A DNA stretch of 64,000 nt from Actinomycetota bacterium (GTDB taxonomy: Bacteria > Actinomycetota > Thermoleophilia > RBG-16-64-13), in assembly GCA_018830645.1 (NCBI GenBank), contig JAHJSA010000069.1, positions 55,279 to 119,278 of the forward strand, read 5' to 3'. Below the pieces are notes generated by a model that worked only from the letters and a program-made list of their open reading frames with translations, did no database searches and had not been told where the DNA came from. How positions within the stretch are numbered: position 1 is the stretch's first letter; each line of letters starts with the position of its first letter. Below, in pieces: positions 37,571-46,344 of the stretch. The position numbers and the translations under genes are program-made.

Positions 37571-38933
37571 ACCTTGAGGACCACCCCACAGTCCGCTGGT
37601 TCCGCGAGCAGAAGGCCGCTGGCGAAGCCACGGCCACGTCGCAGGAAGACGGAGGAGTGGCCCAAGCGCTCACCCTCGAAGCCGCCCGGCTTCGGGCGAT
37701 CTGCCTGGAGGCAGGCGCCGACGCGCCGGTTTCGTCGAGATCGACCGCCCGGCGCTGGCAGGCCAGCGGGCGGGGCTTCTCGACGCCTTCCCCGGCACCC
37801 GCACCCTCGTCGGGCTGGTCTACCGCCTGAACAGGGGGAGTCTCAGGTCGACCAAGCACTCGAACGCCGGCCTCGAGTTCAAGCAGGCCTGGGATCACGC
37901 GAACCGCGCAGGGCGGGCGGCAGTCAAAAGACTCGGCGCCGAGGGCATCCCCGCGCTGAACGCCCCCGCGGGCTTCCCCTTCGACACCGAGGGCTGGCCC
38001 GGTGCTATCTGGTTCACTGCCGACAAGATCGTCGCCGAGGAGGCCGGGCACGGCAAGATGGGGAAGCACCGCTGCGTCATCCACCCCACCTTCGGCGGCG
38101 CCGTGGTGCTGAGCACGCTGCTGATCGCCGCCGAAGTCGATGCCTACGGCCAACCCCTCGACTTCGACCCCTGCCTTGATTGCGGGCTCTGCAACGGCGT
38201 GTGCCCCACCGGTGCCATCGCCAAAGACGGCGCCTTCGACTTCGTGAGCTGTTACGCCCACAACTACCGCGAGCGACTTGGAGGCTTCCAGAGTTGGGTG
38301 GAGAGTGTCGTGGCCTCTTCGAGCGTCAAGGACTACCGCAAGCGGGTGAGCGACCCGGAGACGGTCTCGATGTGGCAGAACCTCTCGATCGGCGCACAGA
38401 CGAAGTGTGACAAGTGCATGGCCGTCTGCCCGGCCGGCGAAGCCGCCATCGGCGAGTACCTCCCCGACCGCAAAGGCTACACCGAGCAAGTAGCTCATCG
38501 CCTGCATGACCGCGACGAGACCGTCTTCGTAGTGCCTGGTTCAGACGCCGAAGCCTACGTGACGAAGCGCTTCCCCGAAAAGCGTGTGAAGCGCGTCTCG
38601 AGCGGTATCCACCCGCAGTCCGCGGCAGGATTCATCGAAAACCTGCCCCTGGTGTTCCAGAGCGGGCAGTCGGCCGGGCTCGACACCACCTACCACTTCA
38701 CCTTCACCGGCGCCGAACAACTCGAAGCGACAGTCGTGATCCGCGACGGCCGGCTTGAATCCCAGCGAGGCCACGCCGGCACTCCCGACCTGCACGTGAC
38801 CGCCGACGCCGAGACCGGGGTGTCGTTCCTTGCCAAGGAGACCAGCCTGCCCAAAGCTCTCGCCACCCGCAAACTGAAGATCAAGGGGTCGCCCAAACTG
38901 ATGATGTCGTTCGCCCGCTGCTTCCCGCTCTAG
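37567..38933 (+). pseudogene. QueG-like cobalamin/[4Fe-4S] reductase (DUF1730 + ferredoxin motifs) fused to a C-terminal SCP2 sterol-carrier domain; -1 frameshift near 37717-37727 in this sequence
   Basis: Frame 0: MNLEDHPTVRWF...RLRAICLEAGADA. Frame +2 continues ...AGFVEIDRPALAG...GHGKMGKHRCVIHPTFGG...CLDCGLCNGVCPTGAI...CDKCMAVCPAG... then an SCP2-like tail (KLKIKGSPKLMMSFARCFPL). Confidence 0.6.
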
Positions 38934-38995
38934 ATCCAGGCGGGAGGCGGGCACGGCTCAGCTGAGCAGGGCCGCCGATCTCCCGACAGCTGTCG

Positions 38996-40156
38996 TCAGT
39001 GCCCGGCGTCCGCCCAGAAGTCGCGGGCCGGTCGCAGTGCGCCGTAGCCGAGGGCGTCGTCCATCTTCACGAGAGCGCGATTCAAGAACGCGCTCCGTCT
39101 GCGGACAAGGACGCGGGCCGCGTCGTGTATGACGCCCAGAGCCTTGTTGAAAGGGCACACCCTGATGCAGGTGGCGCAATCCATGCGGTTCTTGGCCCAG
39201 TAGCCGAAGCACTTCTCGGCGTCGACGTACCACTTGCGCGGGCCCGACTGATTGGAGATGTTCGGGCCTTCCGTAGTCATGGGGCCGGTGGGTATGGCCC
39301 GCGAAGGGCAGCGTTCCGCGCACTTCTCGCACGACTCGCAGAACTCCACCACGCCGAAGGAGCGGTACTTGTCATGCGCCAGGGGAAGGTCTGTCAACAC
39401 CTTGCACAGCCGCACCCGGGGGCCGAACTCAGGCGTGACAAGCACACCCATGCGGCTCCATTCCCCCAGCCCCGCGGCCATGGCTAGGGGGACGCTGAGC
39501 ACCGTATCGTTGCCACAGGGCAGAGCCCGGTAGCCCAGGCCACGGATGAACGAGGCCACCAGATTCGCCGTGAAGGCCATCTTGGAGTAGCCGAGCCCGG
39601 TGGCCGCGCCCCCCACGCCCGTCGGAGCCGATCGGATGCCCTCGTAGTCCATGGCCACGGCTATGACGACGGCGTTGTCGATGCCCTCGGGCACCTCGAA
39701 GGGGCGATGCTCGCGCTCGAGCAGGTCGAACTCGTGGGAGTATACCCAGTTCGGATGGAGGGCGCAGATGCCCACGAGATCCGCGCCTACGAACCGCGCC
39801 ACCCGTTTCACCACAGTACTCATGCCTTCCGGGGTGTCCTCCACCGGGGGGCCGGCCTCCAGGTACGGGAGCATCTTGGGGTGCACGGCATCCCACGAAT
39901 ACAGGCCGTGGTTGCTGCGGGAGTTGCCGCAGGCGGCAGACCACTCCAGACTCCACGTGCCGTTCCGGAACGCGTAATCGAGACGCTGGAACCCAGGCTT
40001 CTTCTGATAGACGATGTCGCGGTAGAAGCGCTCCGCATCGGCATGGATGGCCTCATCCCACACGCTGCGCTTGAACATCTCGTTCTTCTGATCGAAACGG
40101 GAGTCCGCGACTGGGAACGGCGGAGATTCGGGAGGGTCGGGGTGCTGCTGCATCAT
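38996..40156 (-). CDS. RdhA-like (reductive dehalogenase / QueG superfamily) cobalamin-dependent Fe-S reductase; cytoplasmic, no TAT signal
   Basis: About 110 aa precede VKRVARFVGADLVGICALHPNWVYSH. Motifs FCESCEKCAERCP and C-x10-CATCIRVCPFNK follow. No RRxFLK twin-arginine motif and no adjacent rdhB. Confidence 0.65.
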   Translation of the reverse strand: MMQQHPDPPESPPFPVADSRFDQKNEMFKRSVWDEAIHADAERFYRDIVYQKKPGFQRLDYAFRNGTWSLEWSAACGNSRSNHGLYSWDAVHPKMLPYLEAGPPVEDTPEGMSTVVKRVARFVGADLVGICALHPNWVYSHEFDLLEREHRPFEVPEGIDNAVVIAVAMDYEGIRSAPTGVGGAATGLGYSKMAFTANLVASFIRGLGYRALPCGNDTVLSVPLAMAAGLGEWSRMGVLVTPEFGPRVRLCKVLTDLPLAHDKYRSFGVVEFCESCEKCAERCPSRAIPTGPMTTEGPNISNQSGPRKWYVDAEKCFGYWAKNRMDCATCIRVCPFNKALGVIHDAARVLVRRRSAFLNRALVKMDDALGYGALRPARDFWADAGH

Positions 40157-40307
40157 GCGCAGGGGCCGATCTTCGCCCTCGGGTAGCGGCGCTCAGTCAC
40201 AAGGACACCCCTTCCTCTTCGATCGCCCACGGTCTTCGAGTCCAACATGATACGTGATGGATCGTCTGATGGAGGGCTTGGACGCGGGTGTGCGTCCCAG
40301 CGGACCG

Positions 40308-40901
40308 TCATCCCGAGATCGTCACGCCTACGAAGTAGGGGCCGTGCCGGTCTTCTCGCGGGATGAGTCCGAACCCGTGCCGCATGGCGCGCCGGTTCGG
40401 GTCGATCAGCTTCTCCTTGGGCCCCTCGAAGAAGTGCCCGAGTTCCGCCTGAAGGGCCTTGAGCGGCAACACACCGGTGGCCGCGGCCAGCGCTCCCACC
40501 ATGACGACGTTGGCCATCTTCTCGGTGCCCAGTTTGGCGGCCACCTCCACCGCCGGCACGTAGAACACGTCGATATCGGTGCGGTGGGAGCGTTCTGGCA
40601 CGAGGGTCGAGTTCACCAGCAACACACCGTGCGGCACCACCCGCGGCTCGAACTTCTCGAAGCTCGGGGTGTTCATGGCCACCGCGACGTGGGGCCGGGC
40701 GACGATGGGCGAGGCGATGTCGCCGGTGGAGATCACCACCGTGCAGTTGGCCGTGCCTCCGCGCTGCTCCGGCCCATACGACGGCATCCACGTCACATGC
40801 AGGCCGGCGTCCATGGCCGTGTACGCCAGGAGCTGGCCCATCACCATGACCCCCTGGCCGCCAAAACCGGCGATGATGATCTCCAGACGCCGTCCGAGCA
40901 T
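40308..40901 (-). CDS. korC: 2-oxoacid:ferredoxin oxidoreductase gamma subunit
   Basis: IIIAGFGGQGVMVMGQLLA, the Por/Kor gamma motif. ATGA-coupled to korB. Confidence 0.8.
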   Translation of the reverse strand: MLGRRLEIIIAGFGGQGVMVMGQLLAYTAMDAGLHVTWMPSYGPEQRGGTANCTVVISTGDIASPIVARPHVAVAMNTPSFEKFEPRVVPHGVLLVNSTLVPERSHRTDIDVFYVPAVEVAAKLGTEKMANVVMVGALAAATGVLPLKALQAELGHFFEGPKEKLIDPNRRAMRHGFGLIPREDRHGPYFVGVTISG

Positions 40902-41890
40902 CAGTCCTCGTCTTCCGCGTCGTCGTGATCGGACGGGCGGTACTCCTCCCCGTCCACCGAGACCCAGCGGCCCCCGCGGCGCCCGAAGGGATGCACGCGG
41001 CGCGTGCGCCTGCCGAGTTCGTCCTCGGTGGCCTGGGTCACGGTCTCGTAACGGAAGCCGTGCATGTAGTCCTCACGGAAGGCCGTGGGCGGTTGCTGCA
41101 CCAGGTGGGCGAGGTGCACGGGTTCACGATCCTTGATCACCCCGAGCGGGTAGTAGGCCGACACCGTCTCGTCTATCCAGCGCATCGCGTCGACCGGCTT
41201 CATGCCCCAGTTCGTGGGGCACGGCGAAAGGAACTCCACCAGGCTGAACCCTTTCCCCTCCAGCTGGTACGTGAACGCCTTGCGCACAGCGCGATAAGCC
41301 ACTTTGATGTTCTCCGGATGAGTCACCGAGACCCGCTCCAGGTACACGGCGCCGTCGAGGGTGGCGAGCATCTCGGCTACCCGTATCGGATGCCCTTGGG
41401 TCGTGGGGTCGCGGCCCTCGGGGCTCGTCTCGGACCGCTGCCCGACGAGGGTGGTGGGCGCCATCTGGCCGCCGGTCATGCCGTACACGCAGTTGTTCAC
41501 GTAGATGACGGTGATGTTCTCCGAGCGCGCCGCCGCGTGCACGATCTCGGCGGTGCCGATGGCGGCCAGGTCGCCGTCGCCCTGGTATGTGAACACCACC
41601 AGGTCTGGTCGGGCCCGCTTGACGCCCGTGGCGGCCGCGGGAGCCCGGCCGTGCGGCACCTCCTGGAAGTCCACGTCGAGGTAGTTGTAGATCAGGATGG
41701 CGCAGCCCACGCCGGCCACGCCCACCGTCCGCTCGCGCACACCGAGTTCGTCGAGCGCGTTGGCCACGAGCCGGTGGATCAGACCGTGCCCGCACCCCGG
41801 GCAGTAGTGTGTGGTGGCGCATGCCCACGATCCGGGATGCTGCACCACCACGGGGGCGGTCTGCAGAGACGGTCCCGCGGGAGCAGTCAT
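40901..41890 (-). CDS. korB: 2-oxoacid:ferredoxin oxidoreductase beta subunit (TPP-binding)
   Basis: WCPGCGHG and GDGD...N TPP motifs. Start taken at MTAPAG, overlapping the korA stop (ORF track extends to 42019). Confidence 0.85.
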   Translation of the reverse strand: MTAPAGPSLQTAPVVVQHPGSWACATTHYCPGCGHGLIHRLVANALDELGVRERTVGVAGVGCAILIYNYLDVDFQEVPHGRAPAAATGVKRARPDLVVFTYQGDGDLAAIGTAEIVHAAARSENITVIYVNNCVYGMTGGQMAPTTLVGQRSETSPEGRDPTTQGHPIRVAEMLATLDGAVYLERVSVTHPENIKVAYRAVRKAFTYQLEGKGFSLVEFLSPCPTNWGMKPVDAMRWIDETVSAYYPLGVIKDREPVHLAHLVQQPPTAFREDYMHGFRYETVTQATEDELGRRTRRVHPFGRRGGRWVSVDGEEYRPSDHDDAEDED

Positions 41891-43029
41891 GAGGCGCCGC
41901 CCTTCCTGGGGGCCGCTCCCGTAGCCGGCAGCTCCTCCGCCACGTTCCTGATAGCCTCCAGCACCTCGAGCGGTGCGGGGATGGTGCCGCCCGACCGTCC
42001 GAAGAAGCTCACCGGACAACGGCCCTCGACGGCGAGCCGCACGTCTTCGACCATCTGACCGGCGGACAGCTCCACCACCAAGATGTGCTCGATCCCCCGC
42101 TGCTGGACCACTTCGCGAAGCGCGTCGTAGGGATACGGATAGACGGTGATAGGCCTGAACAGCCCCACCGGGATGTCTCGCTCCTCAGCAAGTTCCATGG
42201 CGTGGTAGGCGACCCGGGCACTCGTGCCGTATGCGACCAGCAGGATCCTCGCTCCCTCGAGAGCGTACGTCTTCCAACGCACCTCCGCCTGCTCGATGCG
42301 GCGGTACTTCTCCTGCAGCGACCGGTTGTGCTCCTCCAACTCCGCGGGGTCGAGGTAGAGGCTCTTGACCACCCGCTTGGGTCTGCCGGACGCGCCGGTC
42401 GTGGCCCACTCCGGCTCCTGCAACGACGCGGGGTCGATGGCTCTCGTGAAGGTGACGGGCTCCATCATCTGCCCGAGCACGCCGTCGGCCAGCAACAGCA
42501 CGGGGATCCGGTAGGCCTCGGCTAGAGAGAACGCGTCGAAGGTAAGGTCGACCATCTCTTGGAGGTTGGCCGGCACGAGCACGATGACCCGGAAGTCCCC
42601 GTGCCCCAGCCCACGGGTGGCCTGGAAGTAGTCGGACTGACTCGGCTGGATGCCGCCCAGTCCCGGCCCCACGCGCATGATGTTCACGATCAGGCAGGGC
42701 ACTTCGGCCGCGGCCAGGAACGAGACCCCCTCCGACATGAGGCTGATACCGGGGCTCGAGCTGGCGGTCATGGCGCGCATGCCGGTGCCCGCCGCGCCGA
42801 ACACCATGTTGATCGCCGCCACCTCGGACTCGGGCTGTACGAACGTGCCACCCTCCACCTGCATCCAGCGGGCCATGTACGAGGTGATCTCGCTGGCGGG
42901 GGTGATGGGGTAGCCGAAGTAGGCCCGGCAGCCGGCCTTCAGGGCGGCCTCGGCCAGAGCCTCGTTGCCCTTCATGAGCACGCGCTCGCCCAGTGGCACG
43001 TGGGGTTCTCCCAAGACCTCAGTCACCAC
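41887..43029 (-). CDS. korA: 2-oxoacid:ferredoxin oxidoreductase alpha subunit
   Basis: [30 protein letters not shown], the typical alpha-subunit N-terminus. Confidence 0.85.
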   Translation of the reverse strand: MVTEVLGEPHVPLGERVLMKGNEALAEAALKAGCRAYFGYPITPASEITSYMARWMQVEGGTFVQPESEVAAINMVFGAAGTGMRAMTASSSPGISLMSEGVSFLAAAEVPCLIVNIMRVGPGLGGIQPSQSDYFQATRGLGHGDFRVIVLVPANLQEMVDLTFDAFSLAEAYRIPVLLLADGVLGQMMEPVTFTRAIDPASLQEPEWATTGASGRPKRVVKSLYLDPAELEEHNRSLQEKYRRIEQAEVRWKTYALEGARILLVAYGTSARVAYHAMELAEERDIPVGLFRPITVYPYPYDALREVVQQRGIEHILVVELSAGQMVEDVRLAVEGRCPVSFFGRSGGTIPAPLEVLEAIRNVAEELPATGAAPRKGGAS

Positions 43030-43429
43030 GCCTACCTTCGTCCTCTCGGCCCGATACGTCGATGTTCAAGGCACTACTCTCCGAGCCGTCCAGGCGACCG
43101 GCGGCGCCCTCCACGCCGGTGACGTCTCCATCGAGGCGGATCGCCGCATCGGGGCACATGAGTTCACAGTAACGGCAGCGCACGCACCAGAAGGAGAAGT
43201 TGTACTCGAAGCGCTCTTCGTCGACATCGGGCGCGGTCTCCGCCGGGCGCTGAGCATCGACGGCTGCCTCGGCAGCCGTCTCGGGATGCGCGGGATGGTA
43301 TCCGGACACGTTGAGGTGCTCATCGATGCGCAGATGGCCGAACGGGCAGAACTCGACACACAAGCCGCAACCTTTGCATCGGTCTTCATCGACCACCGGA
43401 GCATATGACCGCGGCCGATCTGCAGTCAC
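43019..43429 (-). CDS. korD: 2-oxoacid:ferredoxin oxidoreductase delta subunit (2x[4Fe-4S] ferredoxin)
   Basis: [12 protein letters not shown] and [12 protein letters not shown] motifs. First gene of the kor block. Confidence 0.75.
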   Translation of the reverse strand: MTADRPRSYAPVVDEDRCKGCGLCVEFCPFGHLRIDEHLNVSGYHPAHPETAAEAAVDAQRPAETAPDVDEERFEYNFSFWCVRCRYCELMCPDAAIRLDGDVTGVEGAAGRLDGSESSALNIDVSGREDEGRRGD

Positions 43430-43461
43430 CTTAGAGCTCCTTCGCTCGGATCATCGGCCGT

Positions 43462-44604
43462 TCACCTTGTGACCTTACCAGGGAGAAGATACGGGTAGCG
43501 CCGGCGAAGGACACGATGCAACAGGCGATCTATTTTGCGGAAAGCGAGGTACACCCTCCATACGCGGGCGTCCTCTCGGTAGTACGAACGGACTTCCTCC
43601 GCGGAGATGGGCTCGAGCTGTCCGAGCGACTCCGGCGTCTCGCCGGTCCCATGAGGCCCCACCCGCTCCTGGAGGAACTCGTTGATCACCTCCAAGGCGA
43701 CCGGCACGAGATCCGGCCGCTGCTCCTTGATGAGGTTAGCGGCGAGGTCGATCATGACCCGCCTCACGTCGTAGTAGCGCTCGAGCACGTCGGCCAGCAT
43801 GAGCCGGCGGATGATCCACACAAGGAACGACGGTGCGCTGCGCAAGAAGAGTTCAGGGTCGAGCTGCTCCACGCCGAACCTGCGCATGAGAGGGGTGCTC
43901 GTGTCGATGTAGCGAAGCCGCGGAGCGCCGTTCCCGGCGTGCCCCACCACCACCCAATTAGAGATCTGTGCGTCGAACCCCACCTCGAGCCTGCCCCGGT
44001 TCCGACGGTTGAAGGCGAACACCCTCCAGGTTTCATCCACCACCGCTCGGAGAAGGATCCGCGCGTCGGCAGACCCCATGCCCCGTATCACCTCATGACC
44101 TGTCGTCAGCGCCGCGAACCTTTCTTGGACGATGTACAGGACGATGGGCTCCCCGTGTCGGCCGACATCGGATGACGCCCGTTCAAGGCCCAACCACACC
44201 AGATCACTCTCCGCCACGTCCACGCCCGCCTCCTCGCGGAGTATCGCCACGTAGTCTCGATGCAGCACCTCATATGAGGTGGCTTCCGCCCGTGAGCGGA
44301 ACATCGGCATGCGCTTGTAGGCTGCGGCGTCCACCGCTGCTTCGAAACCGTCCGAGCCCACCGGATCGGCACCGGGTTCGCCGCCGCTGTCGCCGGGTTC
44401 GCCGCCGCTGTCGCCGGGATCGCCGCCGCTGTCGCCGGCCACGGACCCGTCGGGGCGACGGTCCGCGAAGATCTCGAACACCGTTGTTATCTCGCCGTGC
44501 CCGAGGATGCGGGCCGGCATATGGCTCCGCTCCGGCCGACGCAGGTCGAGACCGCGCTCGAAGCGCTCGAGCAGTTCCGCGTCCGCTCTCACGGTTTCCG
44601 GCAC
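43462..44604 (-). CDS. Conserved hypothetical protein with an internal (GDSGGEP)3 repeat
   Basis: 380-aa ORF between the class III aminotransferase (4-nt gap) and korD (32-nt gap). No recognisable catalytic motif. Confidence 0.5.
   Translation of the reverse strand: MPETVRADAELLERFERGLDLRRPERSHMPARILGHGEITTVFEIFADRRPDGSVAGDSGGDPGDSGGEPGDSGGEPGADPVGSDGFEAAVDAAAYKRMPMFRSRAEATSYEVLHRDYVAILREEAGVDVAESDLVWLGLERASSDVGRHGEPIVLYIVQERFAALTTGHEVIRGMGSADARILLRAVVDETWRVFAFNRRNRGRLEVGFDAQISNWVVVGHAGNGAPRLRYIDTSTPLMRRFGVEQLDPELFLRSAPSFLVWIIRRLMLADVLERYYDVRRVMIDLAANLIKEQRPDLVPVALEVINEFLQERVGPHGTGETPESLGQLEPISAEEVRSYYREDARVWRVYLAFRKIDRLLHRVLRRRYPYLLPGKVTR
44373..44435. repeat. Three tandem copies of a 21-bp unit (CCGGGTTCGCCGCCGCTGTCG) inside the 43462..44604 CDS
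   Basis: Seen directly. Two perfect copies plus one with a single mismatch. Encodes GDSGGEP repeats on the minus strand. Confidence 0.7.
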
Positions 44605-44607
44605 CTG

Positions 44608-45879
44608 TCAGCCGCCCCGTCTGCCGCCGACGATCGCCTCCAGCGCGGTGAGCGCAGTGTCCAGGCGGTCAAGGATCTCATCTGCCAAGGCCGGCTCGAT
44701 CGTAAGGGGCGGGAGGAACTGCACCACGCTCGGGTCGTGGTACGCGTATATCGCGAGAAGTCCTGAGTCGAATGCCGTCTTCGACAGAAGGGGACCGAAC
44801 GCCGGGTCGGTGAGTTCCAGACCGAGCATGAGCCCAACGCCTCTCGACCCGGCCAGCACACCCGGGTGCGCGTCGCGCAGTTCGCCGAAGCCCGCCGAGA
44901 ACCTGGCGCCCATGCTCCGAACGTGAGCGAGGAACGCGGGTTCAGATGATAGCTCGAGCACGCGCGCGGCGACCGGGCAGCCCAGTTCGGCGCCCCCAAA
45001 GGTGGATATGTGAAGGAAAGGATCGTCGTGGAACACACTGTCGAGTTCCCGCCGGAATACGGTGGCGGTGAGCGGGAACACGCCGCCGGAGAGACCCTTG
45101 CCGAGCACCATGAGGTCCGGCGTCACCCCGTAGTGATCCACACCCCACAGCCGGCCGGTGCGGCCGAGGCCGGTCTGGACCTCGTCGATGATGAGCAATG
45201 CGCCGGCAGCGTCGCACAGCCAACGGACCTGCTCCAAGTAGCCGTCTGGGGGCACCACGATGCCCAACGTCGCCGGAATGGTCTCGAGGAGCACTGCCGC
45301 CACATGCGGCCCGAGGGCCGCAGCCATGGCGTCGGCATCCCCGAACTCCACCTGCTTGAAGCCGGGCGCAGCCGGTCCGAAGGGGGCCCTGAACTTCTCG
45401 TCGCCGGCTGCCAGGGCCAGCCCGGTGTGCCCGTGATATCCGCCGCGGGCACTCACGATGCCCGAGCGTCCGGTGAAGGCGCGCGCCACCTTGATGGCCA
45501 GGTCGACCGCCTCCCCCCCGCCTACCCCGAACACGGTGTACGCGAGGTCGCCGGGCGTCAGCTCGGCGAGACTCTCGGCCAGGGCGGCCCTCTGGGGGCT
45601 GATGAGGTGGTGATTGCCGATGTCGAGTTCGTCGAGCGCTGTGCGGAGAGCGGCGATGCAGTCCGGATGCCGGTGGCCGAGGTTGAACACGCCCCCGTTA
45701 CAGTGGCAGTCGATAAGACGCCGTTCGCCTTCCACGTCCCAGAGAAAAGCTCCCTCACGCCTCCCAAGCGCAAAATCCATACCTGCTCGCTCGAAGAAGG
45801 CGACCTTGCCCGAAGAGACGTGTTCAGCGAAGAGGGCGAACACCTCGGCTCTCAATCGTTCCCCCGGCATCCGCACCAT
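44608..45879 (-). CDS. Class III (omega/GABA/acetylornithine-type) PLP aminotransferase
   Basis: LIIDEVQTGLGRTGRLWG and other class III motifs. Start taken at MVRMPGE (ORF track extends to 45960). Confidence 0.8.
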   Translation of the reverse strand: MVRMPGERLRAEVFALFAEHVSSGKVAFFERAGMDFALGRREGAFLWDVEGERRLIDCHCNGGVFNLGHRHPDCIAALRTALDELDIGNHHLISPQRAALAESLAELTPGDLAYTVFGVGGGEAVDLAIKVARAFTGRSGIVSARGGYHGHTGLALAAGDEKFRAPFGPAAPGFKQVEFGDADAMAAALGPHVAAVLLETIPATLGIVVPPDGYLEQVRWLCDAAGALLIIDEVQTGLGRTGRLWGVDHYGVTPDLMVLGKGLSGGVFPLTATVFRRELDSVFHDDPFLHISTFGGAELGCPVAARVLELSSEPAFLAHVRSMGARFSAGFGELRDAHPGVLAGSRGVGLMLGLELTDPAFGPLLSKTAFDSGLLAIYAYHDPSVVQFLPPLTIEPALADEILDRLDTALTALEAIVGGRRGG

Positions 45880-46344
45880 CCCTCCCGTCTCGCCGCAGCC
45901 TGCACCTCTTGACTGTACTTCGCGCCATAGGCGCACCGCAACCCGGGACGACCCTCGCATACCGACCGGCTCAGGCGCCGGAACGAGTCAAGGTGCCCGG
46001 GGGCGACGGTGCACGACGCTGAATTGCCCCCGTTCCCGTGTGCATGTACAGCGTTGCGCGAGAGCGCTTCGAGGCTCACAATCGTGATGGGCCGAACCCG
46101 GGCGCCGGGTCGGCGTACAGTGCGATCGGGAGCCGACAGCGGTTCATCCCGTGTGGACTCTGACAAGCGGACCCACCTTCGGGTGGCCCGCGCACAATGA
46201 CTGATCGAGGTCGCACCCCTAGAATCGGGAGAACAGGGCGCCACGATTGAAGAACACGACTGAAGAAACCCGCGAGCCACTCACCCGCTCGAGGGAACAG
46301 CCGCCCGAGGGGCGGGACGAAACGCGTTCGACTGGAGGCGAGGA

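Noticed and set aside
38996-40156. Calling this gene plain housekeeping queG
   Set aside because: The FVGADLVGI motif sits after a ~110-aa N-terminal domain, and the second Cys motif is of the RdhA C-x10-CxxCxxxCPFNK type. These fit RdhA-like architecture better. QueG remains the main alternative and is stated as such in the finding.
40153-40791. 212-aa minus-strand ORF
   Set aside because: Overlaps korC in another frame. Only its last 15 codons (the putative coupled leader) were retained as a low-interest observation.
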